Below are positions 35,947-45,144 of a DNA stretch of 64,000 nucleotides, in pieces. Source of the DNA: Gammaproteobacteria bacterium (lineage in GTDB: Bacteria > Pseudomonadota > Gammaproteobacteria > JAJPIJ01); assembly GCA_041395385.1 (NCBI GenBank), contig JAWLAN010000011.1:71783-135782 (forward strand), in the 5' to 3' direction. The notes below the pieces were generated by a model. It was not told where the DNA came from and did no database searches. It saw nothing but the letters and a program-made list of their open reading frames with translations. Made by a program: the position numbers and the translations under genes. The stretch's first letter is position 1, and each line of letters starts with the position of its first letter.

Positions 35947-36189
35947 ATGAAAAAGTTCGCCCTGACAGCAGCCATTGCGGCTACCATCGTCGCGGCTCCT
36001 CTGGCGTTCGCCGAGAAGGGACGCGATATGGCTGGCAACGAAGTCGAACTGCCTGCCAACTTCACCTATGGTGGCGACAACACCGGCGCTTATGCTGGTG
36101 GCAAGATTGGCACGGGCGTGAAGGACCCTGCGGTGTGCGGCACGTTCTCCAGCGAGAAGTGCTCGATCACCTACACCAAGGGCAAATAA
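35947..36189 (+). CDS. small secreted protein of unknown function (80 aa, signal peptide)
   Basis: Strong RBS (CAGGAGG, 8 nt, ATG). Signal peptide MKKFALTAAIAATIVAAPLAFA, then a 58-aa mature Gly-rich peptide with two Cys. AT-rich codon usage. Followed by a terminator. Confidence 0.65.
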   Translation: MKKFALTAAIAATIVAAPLAFAEKGRDMAGNEVELPANFTYGGDNTGAYAGGKIGTGVKDPAVCGTFSSEKCSITYTKGK

Positions 36190-36254
36190 GCAACAACGAA
36201 CCACACCCAGAGAAGAACAAAAACACTTAGGTTTTAGTGAAGTCTCCATAATGG

Positions 36255-36280
36255 AACCCCGCGTCAGCGGGGTTTTTTTT
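36255..36280 (+). terminator. rho-independent terminator
   Basis: AACCCCGC, loop GTCA, GCGGGGTT, then an 8-T run. It lies 66 nt after the stop of the small secreted protein gene. Confidence 0.8.
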
Positions 36281-36393
36281 GCTCGACGGCTCTCGGCAGC
36301 CGCGCCTTGCGTCTCCCGCACCCTGGCCCGCTGCACGCGCTCCTGCAACGGCGGCCCCCCCCGGCACGCCCTCGTAACCTGCCGCACGACGTG

Positions 36394-37533
36394 CTATCGG
36401 GAGGGCATCTGCAGCGCCTGGAATGCCGGCGTCGCGCCGATCTCCACGCCCCGCTCGCCGACATCGGCGAATCGGGCCGCCATACCCTCTTTCAGTGCGA
36501 GTTGCGTTCCACGCTCGCTGCCGAGCACCAGCAGCGCCGTGGACCAGGCGTCGGCCTCGACGACGGTGTCGGCGACGACCGCGACGGCCACAGTCCTATG
36601 CCGGACCGGCATGCCGGTGTAAGGGTCGATCTCGTGGGAATACCGGATTCCATCGCGTTCGAAATAATTCCTATAACTACCTGATGTAGAGAGACCTTTT
36701 CCATCAAGTTCAAGCGAAATATCCACTTCCTGGCGGGCATCCGTGGGCCGCTCGATCCCGACTTGCCATCCCCGCCCGTCCGGTCGCCGGCCGCGGGCGT
36801 AGACCTCTCCGCCGAGCTCCACGAGAAAGGACTGTACGCCACGGCCGGACAGGAATCGGGCGATGCTGTCGACCGCGTAGCCCGGGGCGATGGCGCCCAG
36901 GTCGACCTCCAGCTCCGGAAGGTCCTTTCTGATGGCGGCAGGCGCGGCGCGGACCGACAGGTGCCTGAAGCCCACGCGCGCCCTCGCGGCTGCGACGGTC
37001 TCGGCATTCGGCACCGTTGGCGGCATCGGCGGGCCGCTGCCGAAGCCCCAGAGATCGATGAGCGGCTTCACCGTCACGTCGAAGGCGCCGCCGCTGCGGT
37101 GGCTAATCGTCCTCGCCGTCTCGAGCACCGTCGCCAGTTCCCGGGAGACCGGGAACCAGTCGGTCGAGCGGCTGGCGTTGAAGCGTGACAGTTCGGAATC
37201 TTCCCGATACGTGGACATCTGCCGGTCGATCTGCGCCAGTATTGCCGCAATCTCCGATTGCAGGCTCTCCCTCGGCGGCGCTCCGGGGCCGCCGGCGGCC
37301 ACGTACTTCACCTGATACGTGGTGCCCATCGTCTCACCGGCAATCGATTCAATCGACGCGTGGTCGAGCGGCGGCCCGCAGGCGGCCAGCATCAGTACCC
37401 AACCCGGGCCGCAAACGAATCGCGACAGGCAGCGGATAATGAACCGGCCGCACCGCCACCAGTCTGACCAATGTAGACTGGTAACACCGCGCGCGCGTGG
37501 CGGAATGGATCGATCAGCACAAGCGTACAACAC
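36394..37533 (-). CDS. apbE: FAD:protein FMN transferase (ApbE family), probable lipoprotein
   Basis: ApbE-family sequence (GETMGTTYQVKY aligns with E. coli GKTMGTFWRASI). A candidate lipobox LMLAAC precedes the mature part. The start is uncertain. The only in-frame ATG (37392) comes after the lipobox Cys. GTG at 37533 is the other option. Confidence 0.75.
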   Translation of the reverse strand: MLYACADRSIPPRARGVTSLHWSDWWRCGRFIIRCLSRFVCGPGWVLMLAACGPPLDHASIESIAGETMGTTYQVKYVAAGGPGAPPRESLQSEIAAILAQIDRQMSTYREDSELSRFNASRSTDWFPVSRELATVLETARTISHRSGGAFDVTVKPLIDLWGFGSGPPMPPTVPNAETVAAARARVGFRHLSVRAAPAAIRKDLPELEVDLGAIAPGYAVDSIARFLSGRGVQSFLVELGGEVYARGRRPDGRGWQVGIERPTDARQEVDISLELDGKGLSTSGSYRNYFERDGIRYSHEIDPYTGMPVRHRTVAVAVVADTVVEADAWSTALLVLGSERGTQLALKEGMAARFADVGERGVEIGATPAFQALQMPSR

Positions 37534-37550
37534 ACGGAATCCCTCATCTG

Positions 37551-38549
37551 ATGAATGATCACACCACTGCGGTCCCGGCCGACTCCGTCCGGCCCGCGGT
37601 CAGCGGCCTGAAGGAGTTTATCGAATCCCGCATAATCGGCCAGGAAGGCCTGGTCGAGGCGCTGCTGATCGCGCTGCTGGCCGACGGCCATCTCCTGGTC
37701 GAGGGCGCGCCGGGACTGGCCAAGACGCGCGCGGTGCGCGTGCTCGCCGACGGTATCGACGCGTCCTTTCATCGCATACAGTTCACTCCCGACCTGCTGC
37801 CCGCGGACCTGACGGGGACGGAGATCTACCGGCCCCAGGACGGGTCGTTTCGCTTCCAGCAGGGGCCGCTGTTCCACAACCTGGTGCTTGCCGACGAGAT
37901 CAACCGGGCACCGGCCAAGGTGCAATCCGCACTCCTCGAGGCGATGGCCGAGCGCCAAATCACCGTGGGACTGCAGACCTATCACCTGCCGGAGTTGTTC
38001 CTGGTGATGGCGACCCAGAACCCGCTCGAGCAGGAGGGCACCTATCCGTTGCCGGAGGCGCAGCTCGATCGTTTTCTGATGCACGTGCGCATCGGCTACC
38101 CGGCCGCCGCCGACGAAAAGCGCATCCTGCAGCTGGCGCGCAGCGAGGCCGCCGAGGAGGCGGGCGCGAGCCCTTCGCCGCGCGTGCGCATACCGCAGGC
38201 GGCGGTGCTGCAGGCGCGGCGCGAGGTGCTGGGTGTTTTCATGTCCGAGCCGCTGGAGCAGTACCTGCTGCAACTGGTGCTGGCCACGCGCAATCCGCAG
38301 GTCTACAGCGAGGAGCTCGGCCGCTGGCTGCAGTACGGTGCGAGCCCGCGCGGCAGCATCGCCCTGGACCGCTGCGCGCGGGCGCGGGCATGGCTGCGCG
38401 GCCGCGATTACGTGACGCCGGACGACATCCAGGCCGTGGCAGTCGACGTGCTGCGGCATCGCCTGATACTCAGCTACGAGGCGGAGGCCGACGGGATCAC
38501 CGCCGATCGCATCGTCGGCGAACTGCTGTCGCTGGTGGCCGTTCCGTGA
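37551..38549 (+). CDS. MoxR-family AAA+ ATPase
   Basis: Walker A (GAPGLAKT), Walker B (LADEINRA) and MoxR-family sequence. An alternative start lies at 37497. Confidence 0.88.
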   Translation: MNDHTTAVPADSVRPAVSGLKEFIESRIIGQEGLVEALLIALLADGHLLVEGAPGLAKTRAVRVLADGIDASFHRIQFTPDLLPADLTGTEIYRPQDGSFRFQQGPLFHNLVLADEINRAPAKVQSALLEAMAERQITVGLQTYHLPELFLVMATQNPLEQEGTYPLPEAQLDRFLMHVRIGYPAAADEKRILQLARSEAAEEAGASPSPRVRIPQAAVLQARREVLGVFMSEPLEQYLLQLVLATRNPQVYSEELGRWLQYGASPRGSIALDRCARARAWLRGRDYVTPDDIQAVAVDVLRHRLILSYEAEADGITADRIVGELLSLVAVP

Positions 38550-38559
38550 GGCCGCGCCG

Positions 38560-39564
38560 GTGATCACGAGCCTGCGCTCGCTGCTCGTCCCGATGCGTCG
38601 CGCAGGCACGCCGCCCGGTGCCGGCGCCCGCCCCGACGCCTCGAGCGTGGCGCGGGTCTCGCTCGCCGATCTGGTGCGGCTGGCGCCGCAGGCGAAACAG
38701 CTCGAGCTCTGGCAGACGCGGCGCGACGTGGAGGATGGCGGTGCGCATCACACGATGTTCAAGGGGCGCGGCATGGAGTTCGCCGAGACCCGCCCTTACC
38801 AGCCGGGTGACGACATCAGGCATATCGACTGGCGCGTTACGGCGCGCTCGGGGCGCGCGCACACAAAGCTCTTCCGCGAGGAACGTGAACGTCCGGTGCT
38901 CGTGTGGGTGGACTGCCGGCCCCACATGCAATTCGCCACCCGTGGCAGCTTCAAGAGCGTAATGGCCGCGCGGCTCGCCGCCCTGGTCGCGTGGGCGGCC
39001 CACGCCCATGGCGATCGCGTCGGCGGCAACGTGATCAGCGCCGCACTGGACTACGCGCAGGAGCCCCGGCGCGGCCGACACAATGTCCTGCGGCTGCTGC
39101 GCGCGCTGGAATTCGCTTGCGCGCCGACGAACGCCGAGCTCGGTCCCATGACCGAGGCGGCGGAAATGTCGCTGGCATCGCTGCGTCGCACCGTGCGCCC
39201 GGGCACGATCGTGTTTCTCATCGGTGATTTCCACGATCTGGAGGCCGCGGTGAGGGACCTGGTCGCCCAGATCGGCGTACACAGCGACGTGACCCTTTGC
39301 TGCCTTCACGATCCGCTGGAGGCCGAACTGCCGCCCGCGGGGATCTATCCCGTGAGCTCGCCACATGGCGAGGTCGCGAATCTCGACACGGCCAACACGG
39401 CCTGGCGGGCGGAGTATGCGCGCCGATTCCAGCATCGAATGCAGGCGTTGCGCGCCGCCACGCGCCGTCACCGGGCCCGCTTCCTGAGCGTCGGCACCAC
39501 CGACGATCCCTTGTTGGCGCTGCGCGCGATCGCAGGCACGGTGCCGGCGCGAGCCGCGGGCTGA
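38560..39564 (+). CDS. DUF58-domain protein (MoxR-associated, VWA-like)
   Basis: Conserved DUF58 core (GMEFAETRPYQPGDDIRHIDWRVTAR). Lies immediately downstream of moxR. Confidence 0.85.
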   Translation: MITSLRSLLVPMRRAGTPPGAGARPDASSVARVSLADLVRLAPQAKQLELWQTRRDVEDGGAHHTMFKGRGMEFAETRPYQPGDDIRHIDWRVTARSGRAHTKLFREERERPVLVWVDCRPHMQFATRGSFKSVMAARLAALVAWAAHAHGDRVGGNVISAALDYAQEPRRGRHNVLRLLRALEFACAPTNAELGPMTEAAEMSLASLRRTVRPGTIVFLIGDFHDLEAAVRDLVAQIGVHSDVTLCCLHDPLEAELPPAGIYPVSSPHGEVANLDTANTAWRAEYARRFQHRMQALRAATRRHRARFLSVGTTDDPLLALRAIAGTVPARAAG

Positions 39565-39582
39565 CCGCCGGGGGCGATCGCC

Positions 39583-40101
39583 ATGGACCCGCGGACCATC
39601 CCGCTGCACGACATACACCTGCCCCCGCCAGTGGACTGGTGGCCGCCCGCGCCGGGCTGGTGGGCGCTGGGCGTGTTGCTGGCGACGGGCGTCGCACTGG
39701 CAGTGCGGACATGGCGACGCCGCCGCCGTACGAGGCCGGCGCCGAGTCATGCCGACATGGTCGCCGAGGTCTGGCGGACCTGGCAGGGACTGCGGAAGTC
39801 GCTCGCGGACCCGCAGGCGATGGCCGATGGCGTGCGCGACCTGTCGACATTGATCCGCCGCGTCGCGTTGACGCTGCACAGCCGCGGCGCGGTCGCCGGT
39901 CTGACCGGGCAGAGATGGTTGCAGTTTCTCGATGCGCCGCTGGGAGGAACGGAGTTCAGCCGCGGACCCGGCCGCCTCCTGATCCAGGGCCCGTATCAAC
40001 CCGGGGCAGCGGAAATGGAGCCGGGTGAGGTCGAACGCTGCGCGCAGCTCTGCGAGCGCTGGCTGAAGATCGTGCTCGACGGCGGCAGGGCGGGACGCTG
40101 A
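39583..40101 (+). CDS. DUF4381-like membrane protein of the Bat/MoxR operon
   Basis: 172 aa. N-terminal Trp/Pro-rich transmembrane segment. Sits between the DUF58 and BatA-type VWA genes. Confidence 0.6.
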   Translation: MDPRTIPLHDIHLPPPVDWWPPAPGWWALGVLLATGVALAVRTWRRRRRTRPAPSHADMVAEVWRTWQGLRKSLADPQAMADGVRDLSTLIRRVALTLHSRGAVAGLTGQRWLQFLDAPLGGTEFSRGPGRLLIQGPYQPGAAEMEPGEVERCAQLCERWLKIVLDGGRAGR

Positions 40102-40103
40102 CG

Positions 40104-41099
40104 ATGCTGCAGTTCGAATGGCCGTGGGTGTTGCTGGCTCTGCCGCTGCCGTGGCTCGTCCGCCGCCTGCTGTCACCCGTCCGGCGGCCCGCCGGCGTCG
40201 CCCTGCGCGTGCCGTTCTTTGCGAGCATGATGTCGGCCACGGCGTCCACCGCTACGCCGGGCGCGCGCGTGCTCTGGATTGCCTCGGCAGCATGGCTGCT
40301 GCTCCTCGCCGCCGCCGCGCGCCCGCAATGGCTCGGCGAGCCGGAGGCCGTGCCGATGAGCGGTCGCGACATCATGCTCGCTGTGGATCTCTCCCGCAGC
40401 ATGCAGCAGACCGACTTCGAGGTACGGGGCGAGCTCATCGACCGGCTCACCGCCGTCAAGCTGGTCGCGCTGGATTTCATCGAGCGCCGCGTCGGGGATC
40501 GCATCGGCCTCATCCTGTTCGGCGAGCGCGCCTACCTGCAGGCGCCGCTCACCTTCGACAGGACCACCGTGCAGACGCTGCTGAAGGAGGCGGTGCTGGG
40601 ATTGGCCGGCGACGCCACGGCCATGGGCGACGCCATCGGCATCGCCGTAAAGCGACTGCGCGGGGACCGCGTTCAGAACCGCGTTCTCATCCTGCTCACC
40701 GACGGCGCCAACACCGCCGGGGAGATCGAACCCCTGAAGGCCGCGGAGCTGGCGGCCAAGGCGGGCTTGAGGATACACACCATCGGCATCGGCGCCGACG
40801 AGACCCGGATAAGGCAGCTGTTCGGCACCTACCGCACCAACCCCAAGCTCGATCTCGACGAGGCGACCCTGAAGGCGATCGCGGAGCGGACCGGCGGGCG
40901 CTACTTCCGCGCCCGCGACAGCGCCGAGCTCAACGAAATCTACGCGCTCATCGATCAGATCGAGCCGATCGAACAGGACCCGCGCCGGTTCCGCCCGACA
41001 GCGTCGCTGTATCCCTGGCCGCTCGGCGCCGCGCTGCTGCTGGGCGCATGGATCATACTGCGCGGGCGCATCGGCGCCGGCGCGGCGGCCGTTTCATGA
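40104..41099 (+). CDS. von Willebrand factor A domain protein (BatA-like)
   Basis: Two N-terminal transmembrane helices, a VWA domain with a MIDAS motif (DLSRSM ... TDGANT) and a C-terminal transmembrane helix. Confidence 0.85.
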   Translation: MLQFEWPWVLLALPLPWLVRRLLSPVRRPAGVALRVPFFASMMSATASTATPGARVLWIASAAWLLLLAAAARPQWLGEPEAVPMSGRDIMLAVDLSRSMQQTDFEVRGELIDRLTAVKLVALDFIERRVGDRIGLILFGERAYLQAPLTFDRTTVQTLLKEAVLGLAGDATAMGDAIGIAVKRLRGDRVQNRVLILLTDGANTAGEIEPLKAAELAAKAGLRIHTIGIGADETRIRQLFGTYRTNPKLDLDEATLKAIAERTGGRYFRARDSAELNEIYALIDQIEPIEQDPRRFRPTASLYPWPLGAALLLGAWIILRGRIGAGAAAVS

Positions 41100-42922
41100 G
41101 CGTGGCGGAATTCCATTTCCTGCGGCCGCTGTGGCTGCTGGCCCTGCCGGCGCTGGCGGCCATGATCTGGGTGTTCCGCGGCCGCGCTGTCCAGGGTACG
41201 CCGTGGCGCCGGGTCGTGGACGCCGCGCTGCTTCCACACGTGCTCGCGCAACCCGGATCGGCCGCAGCGCGACCATTGCGACGGCTACGCGGGCTGCTGA
41301 TCGCCGCATACGTACTGGCGGTGCTCGCGCTTGCCGGGCCGGCATGGAAACGGCTGCCGCAACCCGTCTTCCAGGACCGCTCGGCGCTGGTGATCATGCT
41401 GGACCTCTCGCGGTCGATGGAAGCGCAGGACCTGCGGCCGAGCAGGCTTGCTCGCGCCCGCTACAAGGTGGCCGATCTGCTGGCGCAACGTCGCACCGGC
41501 ATGACCGCGCTGGTGGTGTACGCGCAGGATGCCTACGGCGTCGTCCCGTTGACCGACGACGCGGCGACCATCCTGAGCCACCTGCCCGTGCTCGAGCCCG
41601 GCCTGATGCCGGCACAGGGCAGCCGGCCGGAACGCGCAGTCGCGCTTGCACTCGAACTCCTCCTGCAGGGCGGCATGCCACGCGGCGACCTGCTCTTGAT
41701 CACCGATTCCCTCACCGCGGAACAGGCCGAGGAGGTCGCGCGTGAGTTGGAGACCCACGACCATCGACTCTCGATATTGGCGATGGGCACCGTCGCCGGC
41801 GCACCGATCCCACGGCCCGGTGGCGGCTTTTTCGAGTCCGAAGAGGGCAAGCCCGTGGTGGCGAGGCTGGATCCGGCGCCGATGCAGGCGCTCGTCGGCC
41901 GCCACGGCGGACGGCTCCTCACCGCCGGCAGCGACGACGAAGACGTGCGGGCCCTCGTGGGCCTGTTCGCCACGCGGATCCGCACCGACACCGCCACCCG
42001 GTCCGATTTCACCTCCGGGCGCTGGCGTGAAGAGGGACCCTGGTTACTGCTGCCGCTCATCCCGCTGGCGGCCCTGCTGTTCCGGCGCGGACTCATCGCC
42101 GCGGTACTCGTCACGGCGCTGCCCTGGTCCGGTAAGGCCGAGGCATGGCAGTGGGACGATCTCTGGCGCCGCCCCGACCAGCAGGCCGCCGCGGCGCTCG
42201 AGCGAGGCGAGGACGTGCGCGCTGCCGAACTGTTCGAAGACCCGCGCTGGTCGGCGGCCGCGCGTTACCGCGCCGAGGACTTTGCCGGGGCGGTGGAGAC
42301 GCTGCAGGACCTCGACGGCAGCGACGATCACTACAACCGCGGCAACGGTCTCGTGCGCCAGGGCAGGTACAAGGACGCCATTGCCGCCTACGAACGGGCG
42401 CTCGCCCTGGACCCCGGCAACGACGACGCGCGGCACAATCGCGATCTCGTCCGTCAATTGTTGCAGCAGTCGGCAAGCCAGGGCGGCGGCGAGAGCGGCC
42501 AACAGGGCGAGGATCGGCAGTCTTCGCGGCCGCAGGGTGGCGACGGCGCACAGGGTGAGGGCAGGCGCGGACAAGGCGAATCGGAGCGCGACGGCGCCCG
42601 GGGCGATCCCGAGATGGAGACGGGGCGCGAGGAGGGCGGAGGCGAGTCGGACAGGAGACTCGAAGAGTTGCTGGCGCAGCGCAAGCGGGAGGCCGGCCGC
42701 GATCGCCTGGAGTCCGACTCGGGCGGACAGGACGGCGGGGAGGGAGATTCGCAAGTTCCCCCGCCGGCGGAAGCCGGGCACGATGAGCGCCGCGAGGCCA
42801 GCCAGGCAGACGAGCAATGGCTGCGACGGATACCGGACGACCCGGGCGGCCTGCTGCGGCGGAAATTCTATTATCAGTACAGCCAGTCCAATCGCACCCC
42901 TTCCAGTGACACGCCATGGTGA
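41096..42922 (+). CDS. VWA + TPR domain protein (BatB-like) with acidic low-complexity C-terminal tail
   Basis: VWA MIDAS motif (DLSRSM) and TPR repeats (YNRGNGLVRQGRYKDAIAAYERALALDP). The C-terminal roughly 150 aa are Gly/Glu/Arg/Asp-rich. The ATG overlaps the batA stop (ATGA). Confidence 0.85.
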   Translation: MSVAEFHFLRPLWLLALPALAAMIWVFRGRAVQGTPWRRVVDAALLPHVLAQPGSAAARPLRRLRGLLIAAYVLAVLALAGPAWKRLPQPVFQDRSALVIMLDLSRSMEAQDLRPSRLARARYKVADLLAQRRTGMTALVVYAQDAYGVVPLTDDAATILSHLPVLEPGLMPAQGSRPERAVALALELLLQGGMPRGDLLLITDSLTAEQAEEVARELETHDHRLSILAMGTVAGAPIPRPGGGFFESEEGKPVVARLDPAPMQALVGRHGGRLLTAGSDDEDVRALVGLFATRIRTDTATRSDFTSGRWREEGPWLLLPLIPLAALLFRRGLIAAVLVTALPWSGKAEAWQWDDLWRRPDQQAAAALERGEDVRAAELFEDPRWSAAARYRAEDFAGAVETLQDLDGSDDHYNRGNGLVRQGRYKDAIAAYERALALDPGNDDARHNRDLVRQLLQQSASQGGGESGQQGEDRQSSRPQGGDGAQGEGRRGQGESERDGARGDPEMETGREEGGGESDRRLEELLAQRKREAGRDRLESDSGGQDGGEGDSQVPPPAEAGHDERREASQADEQWLRRIPDDPGGLLRRKFYYQYSQSNRTPSSDTPW

Positions 42923-42926
42923 TCGC

Positions 42927-44669
42927 ATGCCGATGAGTCGGTACCGACGGCTACGACGCGCGGCCAGGACGATCGCCGTGCTGCTGCTGGCATGGGCCGT
43001 GACAGGCCCTGCCCGGGCCGCGATCACGACCACGGTCGCGAGTGACGAGATCCGCGTCGGCCAGAGCTTCGTCCTCACCTTTCAAGGCGACACTGACGCC
43101 GCCCGGCCGGACCTCTCGCCGCTGCAACAGGATTTCGAGGTGCTCGGCACTGCCCAGCGCACGAGCATCAGCATCGAGAACGGTCGCGCCACGCGCTCGA
43201 ACGTCTGGCAGGTGAGCCTCATCCCCAGGCGCGCGGGCAACGTCACCATCCCCTCCATCGATTTCGGCGCCGCGCGCTCGCAGCCACTGACCATCGCGAT
43301 CGCGCCGGCCGCCGGGGGGGGCGATGACGAGGGGAATAACTTGCGCTTGGAGGTCACCGCCACCCCGCAGACGCCCTATGTCCAGCAGCAGGTCCTCCTG
43401 ACCGTGCGCCTGTACGTCCCGCAGGAGGTCGATCTCGTCGACTCTGCATTCGGCGACCCGAGGCTGAGCGGCGGCGACGCGCTGATCACGGCGGTCGGCA
43501 AGGCCCGTGAACGGCAGCGCGTCGAACGCGGCGTGCGTGAGCGGGTCATCGAGCGCACGTATGCGGTCTTCCCGCAGGGCCACGGGGAACTCGTCATCGA
43601 GCCGGTGACGTTCGAAGGGCAGGTCTTCGATTCCCACGCGACCATCGACAATCCCTTCGGCCAGTCGATACGAACGCAGCGTTTGCAGTCGGAGCCGATA
43701 CGACTGCGGGTAAAACCGGTCCCGAAGGAATTCAGGGGCAGGCACTGGCTGCCGGCGCAGTCGCTCACGCTGGTGGAGAACTGGTCGGAGGAGAATGCCA
43801 CCGTGAAGGCAGGCGAGCCGATCACGCGCAGTCTTACACTGCTTGCCAAGGGCCTCACCGCCGGTCAACTGCCGGAGATCGCCGTGCCGATGCCCGATGT
43901 GGTCAAGAGCTATCCCGAGGCGCCGGTGCTGGACGACCACGGCCGCAGCGAGGGCGTCACGGGGCTGCGCATGGAAAAGCAGGCCTTGATCATCAATGCC
44001 AACGGGACCGTCACGCTGCCGGAGATACGCGTCCCGTGGTGGAATACCCGGACGGATCGGCCCGAGGAGGCCGTGATCCCCGCGCACACCCTGCAGGTCG
44101 TCGGCGGCGCCACTGCGCAGAGCGTGGCACCGGTCAGCCCCGCCCCCGCCCCCGCGCCGGAGGCGGCCGCGGCCGCCTCTCCCGCTCCCCCGCCGGCACG
44201 GGAGCACCCGTTTTGGCGGCACCTCGCGGTCCTGCTCGCACTGGGTTGGGCGCTCACGTCATGGGCCTGGTGGCGCGCGCGGGCGCCTGCCGCGAACCGG
44301 AACGGCAGGCACCCGGGGACGGCCCCGTCGGGATCGGAGGCGACGACGATCGCCGCTGAAGTGCTTGCGCACGCGCGCAACGACAATGCCGCGCAGGCCC
44401 GCCAGGCGTTACAGCGATGGGCCCGGTGCCGGGAGATCGTGCCCGCGACCCTGGACGGCATTGCGCGGCGCCATCCGGAACTCACACAGGCGCTGCAGGA
44501 TCTGGATCGATGCCTCTATGCGGGGAATGCCGCGGCCTGGTCGGGCGCGGAACTCGCCGCGCTCTTTGCGGGCGCGTCCCGAGCCTCGGCCCCGGCGACA
44601 GGTCGACTCGCGACCGATGCCGCGGCCCTGGCACCGCTGTATCTCTCGCCCGGAGGGAGGCCACCCTAG
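42927..44669 (+). CDS. BatD-like oxygen-tolerance protein
   Basis: 580 aa. Signal peptide, a large periplasmic domain, a Pro/Ala-rich linker, a transmembrane helix and a cytoplasmic tail. Last gene of the moxR-DUF58-batA-batB operon. Confidence 0.7.
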   Translation: MPMSRYRRLRRAARTIAVLLLAWAVTGPARAAITTTVASDEIRVGQSFVLTFQGDTDAARPDLSPLQQDFEVLGTAQRTSISIENGRATRSNVWQVSLIPRRAGNVTIPSIDFGAARSQPLTIAIAPAAGGGDDEGNNLRLEVTATPQTPYVQQQVLLTVRLYVPQEVDLVDSAFGDPRLSGGDALITAVGKARERQRVERGVRERVIERTYAVFPQGHGELVIEPVTFEGQVFDSHATIDNPFGQSIRTQRLQSEPIRLRVKPVPKEFRGRHWLPAQSLTLVENWSEENATVKAGEPITRSLTLLAKGLTAGQLPEIAVPMPDVVKSYPEAPVLDDHGRSEGVTGLRMEKQALIINANGTVTLPEIRVPWWNTRTDRPEEAVIPAHTLQVVGGATAQSVAPVSPAPAPAPEAAAAASPAPPPAREHPFWRHLAVLLALGWALTSWAWWRARAPAANRNGRHPGTAPSGSEATTIAAEVLAHARNDNAAQARQALQRWARCREIVPATLDGIARRHPELTQALQDLDRCLYAGNAAAWSGAELAALFAGASRASAPATGRLATDAAALAPLYLSPGGRPP

Positions 44670-44706
44670 CTGCCGCGCGGCCGCGGGCGATTCGGGCGAT
44701 CTGGGC

Positions 44707-45144
44707 TCAGACGCGCGAACGTTCGCGCGGTAGGCCGGCGAGCACCCGCTCCAGGTTGCGCATGAGGGCGACCTGGAAGAAAGGCTTCTCGAGAAAATCC
44801 ACTGCTCCGCCGCGCATCGCGCTCACGCTGGCGGCGACGTCGCCCTGCCGACCGATGACCACCACCGGCAGGCCCGGGGCGATCTGGTGTGCCTGCAGCA
44901 TCAGCTCGATGCCGCTCATATCGCTCAGCTCCATGTCCGTCACCAGCATTGCCGGGACGGTGTCCCGCAGCCTGTCCAGGAGCGCATGCGAACTGGCGAA
45001 AACCTCGGTATGGCAACCGAGCTGATCGATGAGCACGCGCAATGCGGCGCCCATCTCCCCGTCACGCCCCGCGACGAAGACGAGCGGCGGCGCCGCCGAA
45101 CCGGCGGCGCCGTCCTCACGCACCTTGTCACAGGCCAATAGCAT
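44707..45144 (-). CDS. single-domain response-regulator receiver (REC-only) protein
   Basis: CheY-like fold with the phospho-acceptor Asp (MLVTDMELSDMSG) and conserved Lys (FLEKPF). It lacks the usual N-terminal DD pair and the Thr/Ser of beta4. Its start abuts the fnr stop codon. Confidence 0.6.
   Translation of the reverse strand: MLLACDKVREDGAAGSAAPPLVFVAGRDGEMGAALRVLIDQLGCHTEVFASSHALLDRLRDTVPAMLVTDMELSDMSGIELMLQAHQIAPGLPVVVIGRQGDVAASVSAMRGGAVDFLEKPFFQVALMRNLERVLAGLPRERSRV

Noticed and set aside
38497-40176. 559-aa ORF antisense to the DUF58/DUF4381 genes
   Set aside because: Antisense artefact.
42044-44222. ORFs antisense to batB/batD
   Set aside because: Antisense artefacts.
44705-44735. 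CGCGCGAACGTTCGCGCG palindrome between convergent batD and the REC gene as a terminator
   Set aside because: Perfect palindrome with no loop and no T-tract. It lies inside the 3' end of the REC coding region. Not convincing as an intrinsic terminator.
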